DNA of 63,717 nucleotides, the filler included. It is 4 parts of 4 records of this genome, joined end to end, with 100 filler letters (N's around TTAATTAATTAA, not from the genome) between each part and the next. Parts side by side here need not be neighbours in the genome. Positions count along the whole stretch, not along the records: positions 1 to 17,060 come from SRR22947725_9019; 3 more parts are not named here. One strand, written 5' to 3'. The notes beneath the pieces were generated by a model. That model saw only the letters and a program-made list of their open reading frames with translations, had not been told where the DNA came from and ran no database searches. The position numbers and the translations under genes were made by a program. Below are positions 1 to 10,571 of this stretch, piece after piece; the first letter of the stretch is position 1; each line of letters starts with the position of its first letter.

Positions 1-30
1 CCTTCGATGCCTTCGATGCCTTCGATGCCT
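1..30 (+). repeat. 9-bp tandem repeat (CCTTCGATG)x3 at contig start
   Basis: Read directly; encodes MPS repeats. Confidence 0.9.
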
Positions 31-927
31 GCCGCGCCTTCGATGCCCACGCGCGAGCCAAAGCACTTTGCGCTTGAGCAGGTGCAGTGGGGCGTGCGCG
101 TCGACGAGCTCAACGGGCTGAGCGACTGGGCCAAGTTTGTTCATCCCGCGGCCGCACTCCGTCTGCAGCAGCTGTGGGACGTGGACGAGAATAAACTGGT
201 CAGTGTCTTGGACGATCATTCTTGGCTCTTGTTGGCGGGTCTTGACGCCCCCAATTCAGTCAAGGCTGTCAATGAGACGGCTGAGCGCATGAAGCTTTCT
301 ACCGACGATGTTCCTACCATCAACAGGCTCTTTGTCGACGTGGCATCCAAGTACCCAAGACGCGAGGATGCCCCTCCCATGCCTTCTGGCGCTGCGACAG
401 CCATGCAGCAACCTCAATTCTCTGCCCCGATCGCCGCTTCCGCGCTCCCGTCGCTGCCTCCACAGGCAACTTCATACGGCAATCCTCTCTTTGAGCGCCA
501 GGGTGCTGGTCCTGGGTCACTTCCTTCCCAATATGCTCCTCATCAGCCGCCCCAGGCGTACAATCCAGCACCGTACGCGCCTAACTCCCACCTTCCGCAG
601 ATCCATCTGCCGGGCCCGGCCGGCACACTTTCGCCTCGACTTCAGACCAGGGTTGACGCGGTCCTTGGGAACCCGATGTGGGTTGGCAGGCTCGTGATCG
701 ACCATTTCAACGACCACGTGGTCAACCTCATGCTCCAGCTGGATGAGCGCACCAATATGGCCGTCTTGGATGAATTCGAGCGCAGCGACAGCAGCAACAT
801 CCGCAACCCCAAGGCCTACCTGATTGGAAAAATACGACAGGCCCTGGAACGCCGAGATGGCGGCGCCGGCCACCGTGGAGACGGCCGAGGTCGAGGGGGC
901 ACGCGCCACGGCGGTCCCCGCTTCTGA
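1..927 (+). CDS. 5'-truncated Pro-rich protein with an hnRNP Q/SYNCRIP acidic-domain-like helical module and an RGG tail (putative RNA-binding protein)
   Basis: ORF is open from the contig edge. C-terminal LDERTNMAVLDEFERSDSSNIRNPKAYLIGKIR resembles the hnRNP Q acidic domain, and the protein ends GRGRGGTRHGGPRF. Confidence 0.45.
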   Translation, partial: PSMPSMPSMPAAPSMPTREPKHFALEQVQWGVRVDELNGLSDWAKFVHPAAALRLQQLWDVDENKLVSVLDDHSWLLLAGLDAPNSVKAVNETAERMKLSTDDVPTINRLFVDVASKYPRREDAPPMPSGAATAMQQPQFSAPIAASALPSLPPQATSYGNPLFERQGAGPGSLPSQYAPHQPPQAYNPAPYAPNSHLPQIHLPGPAGTLSPRLQTRVDAVLGNPMWVGRLVIDHFNDHVVNLMLQLDERTNMAVLDEFERSDSSNIRNPKAYLIGKIRQALERRDGGAGHRGDGRGRGGTRHGGPRF

Positions 928-980
928 CCGACCACGACTTGAGACACACGTATCTTACACGTATCTAACACTATTCTACA

Positions 981-1514
981 CTATGCGTAACCTGATCCAC
1001 TACACTTCTTGCACAGCAATCGACCCACCCCTTTGCACGCCCGGCATTCGAGCTTTGACGCGTTGCGCCCAAGGTTGGCCTGCCGCGTCTGCCTCTCCAC
1101 CTCGGGGCTCGCGCTTTCCATCACCCCCGTCCCCTCACACGCAAAGCAAACCACTCCACCGCTCCCGTTGCAGCTTGTACACACCTCCTTCTCCTTCTGG
1201 AAGCCCAGGAAGAGGGCTGCAGCCACCGAGGAGACCACAGCACCGCCGATGATGACATCCTGCGTGGAGCTCGGTTCCAACGCCCCGGCGACCACGCGCC
1301 GCCGAGCTTTGTACTGATCCGTGCTGCGGGACGTCACCTCGCCTGGCCTGCGTGCCACCTGGCCCGGATTCCGGGGAGTGGAGTGCGTCTGTGGTCCAGC
1401 ACAGGCAAGGTGCCCTGTCTGCTGCGAACGTGCGTTCCCCGACCCGTCCATACGCCCATGGCACCCGCATTGCCGCGCATTGGGCGTCATAGAGGGATTC
1501 ATCCTGCTCGACAC
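981..1514 (-). CDS. DnaJ-type zinc-finger protein, probably plastid/thylakoid, single TM
   Basis: Four CxxCxGxG motifs (CTSCNGSG, CFACEGTG, CRACKGVG, CKKCSGSG) after a hydrophobic segment; transit-peptide-like N-terminus; TGTAA on the minus strand at 955-959. Confidence 0.8.
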   Translation of the reverse strand: MSSRMNPSMTPNARQCGCHGRMDGSGNARSQQTGHLACAGPQTHSTPRNPGQVARRPGEVTSRSTDQYKARRRVVAGALEPSSTQDVIIGGAVVSSVAAALFLGFQKEKEVCTSCNGSGGVVCFACEGTGVMESASPEVERQTRQANLGRNASKLECRACKGVGRLLCKKCSGSGYA

Positions 1515-1718
1515 GCGATGAATGGCCTGCGACGGATGATCAAGACAAGGTCACGACGAGTGGCGCCTCCCACAGATAAAATTTTTTGCAGCGACGTCGC
1601 TGCCACCTTGCTCCCTGTCGCCCATCGACGACCGCGCCGGCTGCGGATTGCAGACGATAGAAGATAGAGGATAGAGGATAGAGGATCGCGGATAGGAGAC
1701 GATACTACTCGGCGGAAG

Positions 1719-2921
1719 ATGCTGTCGGCCGCTCGAGTTGGGACGACGCCGGGTGCAACGCCTCGCCTTTGGTGCCAAACCGCACGGCCCAGAAGGGCGC
1801 ACGTGTCGCGGGCAGCTGCCTCCCAGACCATGAAGATCGAAACGGTGGACTTTGGGGAGCGCTCGTACCCCATATACATCGGGCAGAACATCCTGGACGA
1901 CCAGAGCCTCCTCCGCAAGCACATCACGGGCAAGACGGCCCTCATCGTCACCAACGAGACCATCGCGCCCTTGTACCTGGAGCGCTGTAAGGCTGCCATC
2001 GAGTCGGACGGTGCCGTCAAAGTCGAGGTGGTGCAGCTGCCGGACGGAGAGCAGTACAAGACCGTGGACGTGCTGTCGATGATCTGGGACAAGGCGTTGG
2101 AGTGCCGCATGGACCGGAGGACGACTTTTGTGGCGTTGGGCGGTGGCGTGGTCGGCGATATGACGGGATTCGCGGCTGCGTCGTATCAGCGCGGTGTCAA
2201 CTTCGTGCAGGTCCCGACGACGGTCATGGCCCAGGTGGACAGCTCGGTCGGGGGCAAGACGGGCGTGAATCACCCGTTGGGGAAGAACATGATCGGGGCT
2301 TTCTACCAGCCTCAGTGCGTTCTCATCGACACCGACTCGCTCAACTCGCTGCCGGACAGGGAGCTCGCGTCCGGCATCTCGGAGATCATCAAGTACGGCC
2401 TCATCCGGGATGCCGAGCTGTTTGTCTGGCTTGAGGAGAACATTGACAGGCTGCTGAACAGAGACCCCGAGGCCTTTACGTATGCTATCCAGAGAAGCTG
2501 CGCCAACAAGGCAGAGGTCGTGGCCGCCGATGAGAAGGAGGGCGGCGTGCGCGCCACCCTCAACCTCGGTCACACGTTCGGGCACGCCATCGAGGCTGCG
2601 TCCGGATATGGCACGTGGCTCCATGGAGAAGCCGTCGGAACGGGCATCATTATGGCGTCGGACATGTCCAGGCGGCTGGGCTGGATCTCTGAGGAGCTTG
2701 ACCAGCGGGTGCAGGACTTGATCCGCCGGAGCAGGCTCCCCGTCGTGCCACCGGCTGGGATGACCGTGGACGAGTTCAAGTCGTACATGGCTGTGGATAA
2801 GAAGGTGCAGGACGGGACCATTCGACTGATCTTGCTCAAGGGCGAGCTCGGCGAGTGTGTCATCACGGGCGACTATGACCGGTCGGTTCTTGACCAGACC
2901 CTGGCACACTTTTGCCAGTAG
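1719..2921 (+). CDS. DHQS: 3-dehydroquinate synthase, plastid-targeted
   Basis: ALGGGVVGD, QVPTT, DSSVGGKTG, LNLGHTFGHAIE and HGEAV motifs; Arg/Ala/Thr-rich transit peptide; no intron. Confidence 0.96.
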   Translation: MLSAARVGTTPGATPRLWCQTARPRRAHVSRAAASQTMKIETVDFGERSYPIYIGQNILDDQSLLRKHITGKTALIVTNETIAPLYLERCKAAIESDGAVKVEVVQLPDGEQYKTVDVLSMIWDKALECRMDRRTTFVALGGGVVGDMTGFAAASYQRGVNFVQVPTTVMAQVDSSVGGKTGVNHPLGKNMIGAFYQPQCVLIDTDSLNSLPDRELASGISEIIKYGLIRDAELFVWLEENIDRLLNRDPEAFTYAIQRSCANKAEVVAADEKEGGVRATLNLGHTFGHAIEAASGYGTWLHGEAVGTGIIMASDMSRRLGWISEELDQRVQDLIRRSRLPVVPPAGMTVDEFKSYMAVDKKVQDGTIRLILLKGELGECVITGDYDRSVLDQTLAHFCQ

Positions 2922-3314
2922 CTGGCTTCACGACCAGATCGTTGCTTGTCAGGTACCTCTCCGCGTCTAGAGCCGCCTGGTACCCACTGCCGGACCCCGT
3001 GGACTATCTCGTCAGCGGCCCGGTTGTCTCTCTATGGTTCGATTGGTGTTGGAGAACCCTGGCATTTTTGTCGCTGACTGGTTGTCTTTGGTTGATTCGA
3101 TTTCACCAGTAAAGAGGTGGCGGGAACGGAACAACGGAACAAATAGTGCCCCAGTGCGTCGACTGGAGAGGGGCTTGGACAACCGGAGACGCCTCCTCCT
3201 CTCGCGACCACACTCGGAAATCGGGAATGGGGCTCGGCCCGTCCTTCTCATTGACGACGTGTTGAGGTTGTACCATTACGGTGACTGACTCGTTCTAAAG
3301 CACACGACGAAATC

Positions 3315-6300
3315 ATGCAAAACGGGGCCGAAGGCAACGCGTCACGCGTCGCCTCGAGCCTGGGGCGGTCTTCAGTGTCTTCGGGAAGGGAGGGGGACTT
3401 GGAGGCACCCAGGGAGAGCTCGGGCGAGTGGTATAAGCAGTGGTGGAGGAAATCAGACTCAGGGGCCGGAACGCAACGCTGGTCTGGACAATATGGGTCG
3501 GGTGCCCGCCGCTCGGTGATACGGGCATCCAGGAGCTCGGCGGCCTTCGTATGGGAGGGGTTTGAGGGGATCAAGGACAGGACAGCGAGGGGGGTAGATA
3601 GAATGAATGCATGGGCAGACGGCTCATGGGTGGGCAGATTCTTCACGTTTCGAGACCGCCAGGCAAGACTGGGCAAGGAGCTGCAAGCCGGCGTGATTAG
3701 CTTTCTGATGATCGTCTACACGCTGACGGTGAATCCAACGATCCTCTCGTCGACTGGGGGTACGTGCAACGCAAAGGAATTGTGTGGTGCAGATCTGTAC
3801 GAGGCGTTGGGCGACAACTGCCTCGAGGTGTCAACTGCCGACGAGGTGCTCGATTGCCTGGTGAACTTCAAGCGGAGCGTGACGACTGCCACGGCGATTG
3901 CGTCGCTGATTTCGAGCTTTTTGATGGGATTCTTCGGCAACTTACCCATGGGATTGGCGCCCGGGATCGGTATCAATGTGTATTTTGCCTATCAGGTTGT
4001 CGGCCAGGACATTTTGACGTACGAGCAGGCGCTGGTGGCCATATTCCTGGAGGGTTGGATATTCATCATTTTGTCGTTGACAGGAGTGCGCGGAGCGGTG
4101 ATGAAGTACATGCCGAGAAGCATTGCGTTCTCCGGGTCGGTGGGTATGGGTCTGTTGCTCGCGTACACGGGACTGCGGTCTCTCGGGGCCATTGCGTTCG
4201 ATCCGACAACGTTGACCGGGCTCGGAGGCTGTCCACGGGATGCGATGAAGTATGTGTTCTACTCGACGTACAACCCGGGGGGAATAGATGGGCTTACGGG
4301 TGATGCAGCAGCAATTGGCGGGCTCATCAGTCTGCGAGAGAATGCCAGTTACATTCAATTTCCGCTCGTCGACATCGACTTTGCGTCCCCGGCGGTGCAT
4401 GTGTGCGAAAGCAAGGAAATGCAATCGGCGACAATGTGGCTCGGCATCGCAGGCGGGATCATCTCGTCGCTCCTGCTGGTATGGAGGGTCAAAGGCGCAC
4501 TCTTCTATGGCGTGTTGTTTGTGACCGTCGTCGCGTGGATCCCAGGGCATGCTGCCAGCTACCTTGGCGCGGGATCTCCAATCCCTGGGGGTGCGTATCG
4601 CCTACAGAGCTTCGAGCAGATCGTGGCGGTGCCGTCGCTGAGCATGAGCGGGCTGAAATGGGACTGGTCGGCCGTCAGCGATGGGCACTTCTGGTTCGTG
4701 TTGTTCACGTTCCTGTACATTGATGTGCTAGACTGCACAGGGATTCTGCTCTCTATGGCCTTTCTCCTGGATTCGTGTATGGAGTTGGACTTTTACGAGG
4801 TCGACGACCATGACGAGATCGTGAAGAAGAAGGAGGCGATCAAGGAAGCCAACAATGGGATCGAGCCAAACCCCTACCAGCATTTGGTAAATCAGAACAA
4901 GGAGTTCAAGGGCCAGCAGTGGGCGTTTCTATCTGACGGAATAGGTATCATCGTCAGCAGTATGGTGGGGATCTCGCCTGTGAACGTCTACCTGGAGAAT
5001 GCGGCGGGCATCGAGGAAGGTGGCCGGACGGGCATCGTCCCGCTGACGGTATCGTTCTTCTTCTTCATCTCGCTGTTTCTCAGCCCGATTTTGTCCTCCA
5101 TCCCACCGTATGCAACCGGATCGGCGTTGATTCTGGTCGGTATCATGTTGATGGCACACGCGGATCACATTCCATGGGACGAACCGAAGGAGGCCATTCC
5201 GGCCTTCTTGACCATCATCATCATGCCGTTCTCCTATTCGGTTGCATACGGCATACTCGCTGGAATATGCATGTATATTATTCTGAGGATACCAGGGTGG
5301 GCCATGCAACTTTACAAAAAGGCGGCCTTGAGACTACGGGGGGAGCACCTCTTCATGGATGACACAGCCTCCATCGCCAGCTCCAAGCGCAGCGGCAAGG
5401 GCGCACGTGGAAATATCAGGAAATTCTTCGGCAATACGGGATCCACTGATATTGAGAGAGAGTCGTACCCCAACATGCCCGGCAGCGATGCGTTTGCTGC
5501 CACTGAGCGAGGCCGGCCTGTCTCGGACAATATCTCGATCCCGGACAGGCAGATGACGCATAGCCAGTCCCACGCAGGATTTGTTGCTAGCGGATGGGAG
5601 AGCAGAAACAATAGTCAGAGTTCAAGTCCTGCGCGTCGTGGTATGCTATCGAGCCCGACGGCCAGGCCGTCTTGGGGGCGTACCATGTCCCTCGGCGAGA
5701 GAGCAATCGGCCAGTCCCCGGGGCGCCCTCAAGGCCCCATCTTCCCCAAACTCAACAACTCGATGAAAATTTCCTCATCGGAGATGGTGTTGAACAGGCA
5801 AGGGAATACGAGCACGGGCACCGTGGATGGCGAGCCAGGGCAGGGGCTGTTTGGCGATTTCAAGATGCTCGACCTGGACCTTGGAGGAAGCGGCAGCTCG
5901 GAAGATGAGGTGGAGGATGAAGAAATCATGCTGAAGAACGATGGATCCCTCAGTCTGGTGCCCCGAAAGACTTCACAGCGAGACAGCATGGACATGTCGA
6001 TGTTCAGGGTGCCCTCGGGTCAATCCCAGGAACGAGGCACGGCCGACATGGAGACGATCACTGAGCCACCTGAGCCGGACCAAGTGGGAGATAGCAACGG
6101 CGAAAATGTGCACGCCGACCGACGGATCACGTTTGCCATGACGGGCGGGGTGGGGAATGATGAGGATGCTGAGGCGGCGACGGGCAGTGGACGACTTGGC
6201 ATCAGGCAGGCAACGGAAAGATCGATGGCGTCCGCCGCGTCGCTCTCTTCAGGCGGCCTGAGTCGTAGCTTGAGCCAGAGCCAGTCGGCATCTTTTGCAC

Positions 6301-6392
6301 GAGGAATGGTTCGCACCGAGTCTGCAGCGGCGCTCAGGCTGAAAGAAATCTTCGCTGCAGCAGAAACAGAGTCTGATACGTCGGACGGTTGA
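3315..6392 (+). CDS. AzgA-like (NCS2 superfamily) adenine/guanine permease with long Ser-rich C-tail
   Basis: NLPMGLAPGIGINVYF, YLENAAGIEEGGRTG and AIPAFLTIIIMPFSYSVAYG motifs; many TM segments. Confidence 0.9.
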   Translation: MQNGAEGNASRVASSLGRSSVSSGREGDLEAPRESSGEWYKQWWRKSDSGAGTQRWSGQYGSGARRSVIRASRSSAAFVWEGFEGIKDRTARGVDRMNAWADGSWVGRFFTFRDRQARLGKELQAGVISFLMIVYTLTVNPTILSSTGGTCNAKELCGADLYEALGDNCLEVSTADEVLDCLVNFKRSVTTATAIASLISSFLMGFFGNLPMGLAPGIGINVYFAYQVVGQDILTYEQALVAIFLEGWIFIILSLTGVRGAVMKYMPRSIAFSGSVGMGLLLAYTGLRSLGAIAFDPTTLTGLGGCPRDAMKYVFYSTYNPGGIDGLTGDAAAIGGLISLRENASYIQFPLVDIDFASPAVHVCESKEMQSATMWLGIAGGIISSLLLVWRVKGALFYGVLFVTVVAWIPGHAASYLGAGSPIPGGAYRLQSFEQIVAVPSLSMSGLKWDWSAVSDGHFWFVLFTFLYIDVLDCTGILLSMAFLLDSCMELDFYEVDDHDEIVKKKEAIKEANNGIEPNPYQHLVNQNKEFKGQQWAFLSDGIGIIVSSMVGISPVNVYLENAAGIEEGGRTGIVPLTVSFFFFISLFLSPILSSIPPYATGSALILVGIMLMAHADHIPWDEPKEAIPAFLTIIIMPFSYSVAYGILAGICMYIILRIPGWAMQLYKKAALRLRGEHLFMDDTASIASSKRSGKGARGNIRKFFGNTGSTDIERESYPNMPGSDAFAATERGRPVSDNISIPDRQMTHSQSHAGFVASGWESRNNSQSSSPARRGMLSSPTARPSWGRTMSLGERAIGQSPGRPQGPIFPKLNNSMKISSSEMVLNRQGNTSTGTVDGEPGQGLFGDFKMLDLDLGGSGSSEDEVEDEEIMLKNDGSLSLVPRKTSQRDSMDMSMFRVPSGQSQERGTADMETITEPPEPDQVGDSNGENVHADRRITFAMTGGVGNDEDAEAATGSGRLGIRQATERSMASAASLSSGGLSRSLSQSQSASFARGMVRTESAAALRLKEIFAAAETESDTSDG

Positions 6393-6489
6393 TTGCGCCC
6401 GTGCCCTCTGCGATCATTTCCGATGTGACGTTTTGGATCATACTTCTCTGTCTTGAAACTTAAAAAAATCACATTCATTCCGCATCTTG

Positions 6490-8241
6490 CTAGGCCCTGC
6501 CGCTCGTGCCACGCCCAAGACGGCCGAACAGACCGCCCTTCTTGCCATCCGTCTTCGAGTCCTTGAGCGCGGTTTCGTACATATCCTCGAATTTTTTCTT
6601 CAGTATTTCGAAGGAAGGTCGCACCGAGGGCTCACGCTGCCAGCACAGGCGCATAATATCCGCGAGACCAGCCGGTGTCGACGGCGGGATGTTGGGCCGC
6701 AACCCATTCTGCACCACCCCCACAGCGGCCTGCAGGGGGGTTCGGTCCGAGTAGGGCACCTGACCCGTCAAAAGCTCCCAAAGGACGATTCCAAAAGAGT
6801 AGACGTCTGCCTGCTGATCGTATGGCTTGTGCTCGATGACCTCCGGTGCCATCCACCGATACGTTCCCGTTTCGGCCGTCATGACCCCTTCGGTGTCGAG
6901 CACTCTCGCGACGCCAAAGTCCGCTATTTTGACCGTCCCATGCTCATCAATCAGCAGATTGGCGGTTTTGAGGTCCCTGTGGAGAATCCTCCGTTGGTGG
7001 AGGTAGTTCATGCCCCGGCTGACCTCAGCGGCTACGCGCAGCACTTCGACAACCGTAAACGGACCCTTGCCGCTCCGCAGTCGATCGTAGACAGATCCAC
7101 CTTTCATGTACTCGAATACGATGCACAAATGGGGCTTTTTCGTGCAGGCGCCGATAAATTGTACCACGTTGCGGTGCCGGACCTTGCGCATGATGGACAC
7201 CTCTTGCAGAAATTCCTGGTACTGCACCGAGTTATCCTGGACGCCCCGGAGGATCTTAATGGCCACATCCTGGCCACAAAACACCCCCTTGAAGAGATCT
7301 CCGAACGCGCCGCTGGCAATCTTCTCCTGGAAGACAATGTCGCAGGGATCAATCTCCCAGTCGTCATCAATCTGGGCCTGGGCCATCATATGCTCAAGCG
7401 CCTTCTGTTGCATATCCGACGATTTTCCACCTTCAGTTCGCAAGCTACGCTCTCCCGGCGTCGGAAGCTCCTGCAAACGCATACTCAACGTGTCCTCAAG
7501 CGCATCCACACCCCCGGGGTCATTCCAGCCGTTGACCACGAAAACATCCAGCACGAACCGATCCTTCGTGTTGAACGCCTGCGCCTCGCAGATGTTCAGC
7601 CCGATATCGCCCAAACTCTCGCTCAATCGCATCAACAGCTTGCTCTGATCCACCGAGGCGATTGTCACCTCGTAGAACACATAGTTCCTGTAGTCCCTGG
7701 ACGTCCGACGACCGTCCCGGTCGCCACCGTCGCTATCATCATCATCAATCAGACCGGCTAGATTCGGCGACGAGCCAAAGGCGGGACGCGGGAGAGACTT
7801 CTGACTCTGCACCATGTGCATTCCACTCTCACCAATGGCCCGCAGGTGCGAATACGAGTTTGCCTGCGAGCTTCCGAGACTTCCCGCGCTTTTCGCGTTA
7901 TTCATTCCCGTCACGTCCACACTTCGAACTTGGAAACTCACGGCCGAGGGGTCTGACCTCGCAGAATCCAACAGCCGCTTGTGGTTGAGCACATCCAAAC
8001 TCGTTGTGTTCACGTTCGTGGCATACCTCGACGGCAAGAGCTCGAAGTGTTCTCGCACACTCTCAACAAACCCAGGCTGATCTACGTCGATCACGCCCTT
8101 TGCCCGGAGCGACGTCAAAAAACTCTCCAGTGCGTCCTGCCGAGCAGTGCCCCGAGAGTTTTGACCCTTCTGTCGGAGCATATTCAACAAGTTGCTGTTG
8201 CTATGGCTATTTCGAGGACCTGAATCCAACGCATACGTCAT
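6490..8241 (-). CDS. ACT-domain Raf-like Ser/Thr/Tyr kinase (STY8/17/46-like)
   Basis: HFELLPSRYA N-terminal motif, ACT domain (LGDIGLNICEAQAF), HRDLKTANLL, DFG, ETGTYRWMAPE. ATG 8241 preferred; the upstream MGEMGEM comes from a 9-bp repeat. Confidence 0.92.
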   Translation of the reverse strand: MTYALDSGPRNSHSNSNLLNMLRQKGQNSRGTARQDALESFLTSLRAKGVIDVDQPGFVESVREHFELLPSRYATNVNTTSLDVLNHKRLLDSARSDPSAVSFQVRSVDVTGMNNAKSAGSLGSSQANSYSHLRAIGESGMHMVQSQKSLPRPAFGSSPNLAGLIDDDDSDGGDRDGRRTSRDYRNYVFYEVTIASVDQSKLLMRLSESLGDIGLNICEAQAFNTKDRFVLDVFVVNGWNDPGGVDALEDTLSMRLQELPTPGERSLRTEGGKSSDMQQKALEHMMAQAQIDDDWEIDPCDIVFQEKIASGAFGDLFKGVFCGQDVAIKILRGVQDNSVQYQEFLQEVSIMRKVRHRNVVQFIGACTKKPHLCIVFEYMKGGSVYDRLRSGKGPFTVVEVLRVAAEVSRGMNYLHQRRILHRDLKTANLLIDEHGTVKIADFGVARVLDTEGVMTAETGTYRWMAPEVIEHKPYDQQADVYSFGIVLWELLTGQVPYSDRTPLQAAVGVVQNGLRPNIPPSTPAGLADIMRLCWQREPSVRPSFEILKKKFEDMYETALKDSKTDGKKGGLFGRLGRGTSGRA

Positions 8242-8315
8242 ACCACGTGAGCAATCCAGCGACGGCGACAAGCACAAGCAACGACGTTCCAGGCATACCT
8301 TTCTCTTGCGACTGA

Positions 8316-8350
8316 CCATCTCGCCCATCTCGCCCATCTCGCCCATCTCG
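8316..8350 (+). repeat. 9-bp tandem repeat (CCATCTCGC) about 3.5 copies
   Basis: Read directly upstream of the kinase gene. Confidence 0.85.
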
Positions 8351-9133
8351 ACGGGGGTGATCGCCGGATTTCGGACGCGACCGTTGAGCAGGCGCCCTCA
8401 TAGGGAGCGATGTCGTCTTTGGCAACGACCCAGAGGCCAGGTTGGTCGCCGAGCCCCCGTTGCTGTTTGTACCGATGGTCGACGCCGACTGGTGCGAATG
8501 CCCCATGCTGGCCGCCCGATACAGTCGAGGCGATGACTCAGCAACGCCTAGGCTCATCGCAGAGGCTCACCAACTGGAGCAAACCGCGCGAGCTCGAGCC
8601 ACCAGCGGCCTCGGGAACAAAAGCGGGCAGCGGAATCTGGATGTGGCAACCGCCGGCACACGCGTTCCACGCGCGTCCTCGCGTACCCTCTCTCGCGACG
8701 TATATATCCTCCACAGCGTCGTACACAGTCTCGGAGCGGTGAAACTGTCCGCTCCGCGCCTGCAACGCGTGGAATCGAAGTTGTTCCAACCCCGACACGG
8801 ATATTCGATGCGTCGGACGTGTCACGCTCGCCCTTCCCCGTCCTACCAACGACGACTGGATGGCGTGTGAGTGAGCAGAGTGAACAGAGAAACCTACAAT
8901 GTAGTGAGGCGGCACCAGACGGAGGCCCGACCTCGTTCCTCTCCACTTCTTCTGTCCCTCTTTCCTCCCGGATTTCTCTCCCCCTGACATGTCCCTCCAT
9001 TGCCCAAGTCTGTGCAATCAGTGAGTGGGTGCCGCACGGCGAGCGGGAGAGCGGGCAAGCGGGCGAGCGGGCGAGTGGGCAAGCGCGGTGGGACTGCCGG
9101 ATGCTCTGAGTCCAGGGCTGCTGTTCGGACACA

Positions 9134-10552
9134 ATGGCCAGTGGGAGTCTCCTCTCCTCTCAGTTTGGCGTCCTCTTGCACGTGCTGGGCTCGTTTCTGA
9201 TCGTATACGGTCAGACGATCGTCAAGGTCTCGCATGTGATTGTGGAGACGAGCAAGGGGGGCGCCAATGTGTGGAGGGTGTCCCCGCTGGCACCGGATGG
9301 TCCGGGTCAGCTGTGGCGGCGGCCGGATGGCGCGGCCCGGACACTCCTGTTCAACGCGGGATCGAAGCTGTACGCGGCGTTTGGTTGGGCGTTGTTTGCT
9401 GTTGGGAACGTGCTTCGCTTTGCGAGCATGCGGTTCGGGTCGCAGACGGTGCTGTCTGGTCTGACGTCGCTTCAGTTTGTGGTCATCCCCGTGGCGAGTT
9501 ACCAGCTGCTGGGGGTGACGTCGGAGCTGTCGACGTATGTGGGGGTGGGGGTGGTGTTGGTGGGGAACGTGCTGATATTGTTGAACGGGCCACCGGAGGT
9601 GCACTTTTCGCCGGGGCAGCTGAGGCGGCAGTGGGGCAAGGCGGATATGAGGAAATTTTTGTTCGGTATCGGGATGGTGATGGCGAGTATGCACGTGCTG
9701 TGGCGGTATGTGCATCATCGGCGGCGGGAGGCCGAAGCAAGGGCGCGGGCGGAGCAGCAGAGGGACCTGCGCCGAAAGCGGAGCCTGAGCGGGAGTGGGA
9801 ATTTTGGGAGTTTTGATGCCGGCAAGGATCGGGAGCACGTGAGTTTGTTCAGTGTGCCCGGGTCGAATGAGACAGAGCTTGGCTGGATGTCGGCGGAGGA
9901 TGCAAGTGACTTGGCGGCGGCCAGGGACGTGCGTGACCCAAGCACGCTGCGGATGTTCACCGCCGCGCTGCTATTTTCCTCTGTGTCGGCGTTTGTGGGC
10001 GCCTGGAGCGTGTTGTTTGCGAAAAGCTCGACGTATGTATTCGGGGAGATGCCGGAGGCACTGTTTGACTGGTACACGTGGGTGATGGTGGGGGCGTTCT
10101 TGGCAAGTGCGGGATTCTGGGTTCGGCAGAGTGATAAAGGTCTCAGATTGTATCCTGCGACGCTAATAATGCCGTTAATGCAGGCTTTCTGGCTGGGGAT
10201 GAGTGTGCTGCAGGGTATGATTTACTTTGACGAGTACGAGCAGTTGAGCACCCAGGCGCTGTGGTACTTGCTGGTGGGCCTCGCGATGGCGATCGCTGGG
10301 GCCCTTTTGATGGGTCTATCAGGGTGGTTGAACGAATCTCGGCTCCTTCGAATGCATGGGGGGGCCGTGGGGGATGCCTACGGGTCGATCGCCATGGGGA
10401 GTGGGGTTAGTGGCAGGAGTGGAGCGTTGGCGGCCGGCGACGACCTCGAGGCCAGCGCCAATTCCTACCTCGCGATTGACTCTCCGGCGCTCGGCAATGT
10501 CTTGAGCTTGAGTGAAGTGCTTGCAGAGCAGCGGGCAAAGCGCATGGTCTAG
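9134..10552 (+). CDS. NIPA-family magnesium transporter (DMT superfamily)
   Basis: GWALFAVGNVLRFASMRFGSQTVL, KGLRLYPATLIMPLMQAFW and GMIYFDEY motifs; about 9 TMs; TGTAA at 10561-10565. Confidence 0.85.
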   Translation: MASGSLLSSQFGVLLHVLGSFLIVYGQTIVKVSHVIVETSKGGANVWRVSPLAPDGPGQLWRRPDGAARTLLFNAGSKLYAAFGWALFAVGNVLRFASMRFGSQTVLSGLTSLQFVVIPVASYQLLGVTSELSTYVGVGVVLVGNVLILLNGPPEVHFSPGQLRRQWGKADMRKFLFGIGMVMASMHVLWRYVHHRRREAEARARAEQQRDLRRKRSLSGSGNFGSFDAGKDREHVSLFSVPGSNETELGWMSAEDASDLAAARDVRDPSTLRMFTAALLFSSVSAFVGAWSVLFAKSSTYVFGEMPEALFDWYTWVMVGAFLASAGFWVRQSDKGLRLYPATLIMPLMQAFWLGMSVLQGMIYFDEYEQLSTQALWYLLVGLAMAIAGALLMGLSGWLNESRLLRMHGGAVGDAYGSIAMGSGVSGRSGALAAGDDLEASANSYLAIDSPALGNVLSLSEVLAEQRAKRMV

Positions 10553-10571
10553 CCCAAACATGTAAAACCGA

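Noticed and set aside
1551..2909. Long antisense ORFs (also 6487-7761, 13709-14941, 58281-59375)
   Set aside because: Shadows of GC3-rich genes on the opposite strand; no motifs.
8350..9130. Several 100-190-aa ORFs between the kinase and NIPA genes
   Set aside because: No recognisable motifs and mutually overlapping; more likely divergent promoter/UTR.
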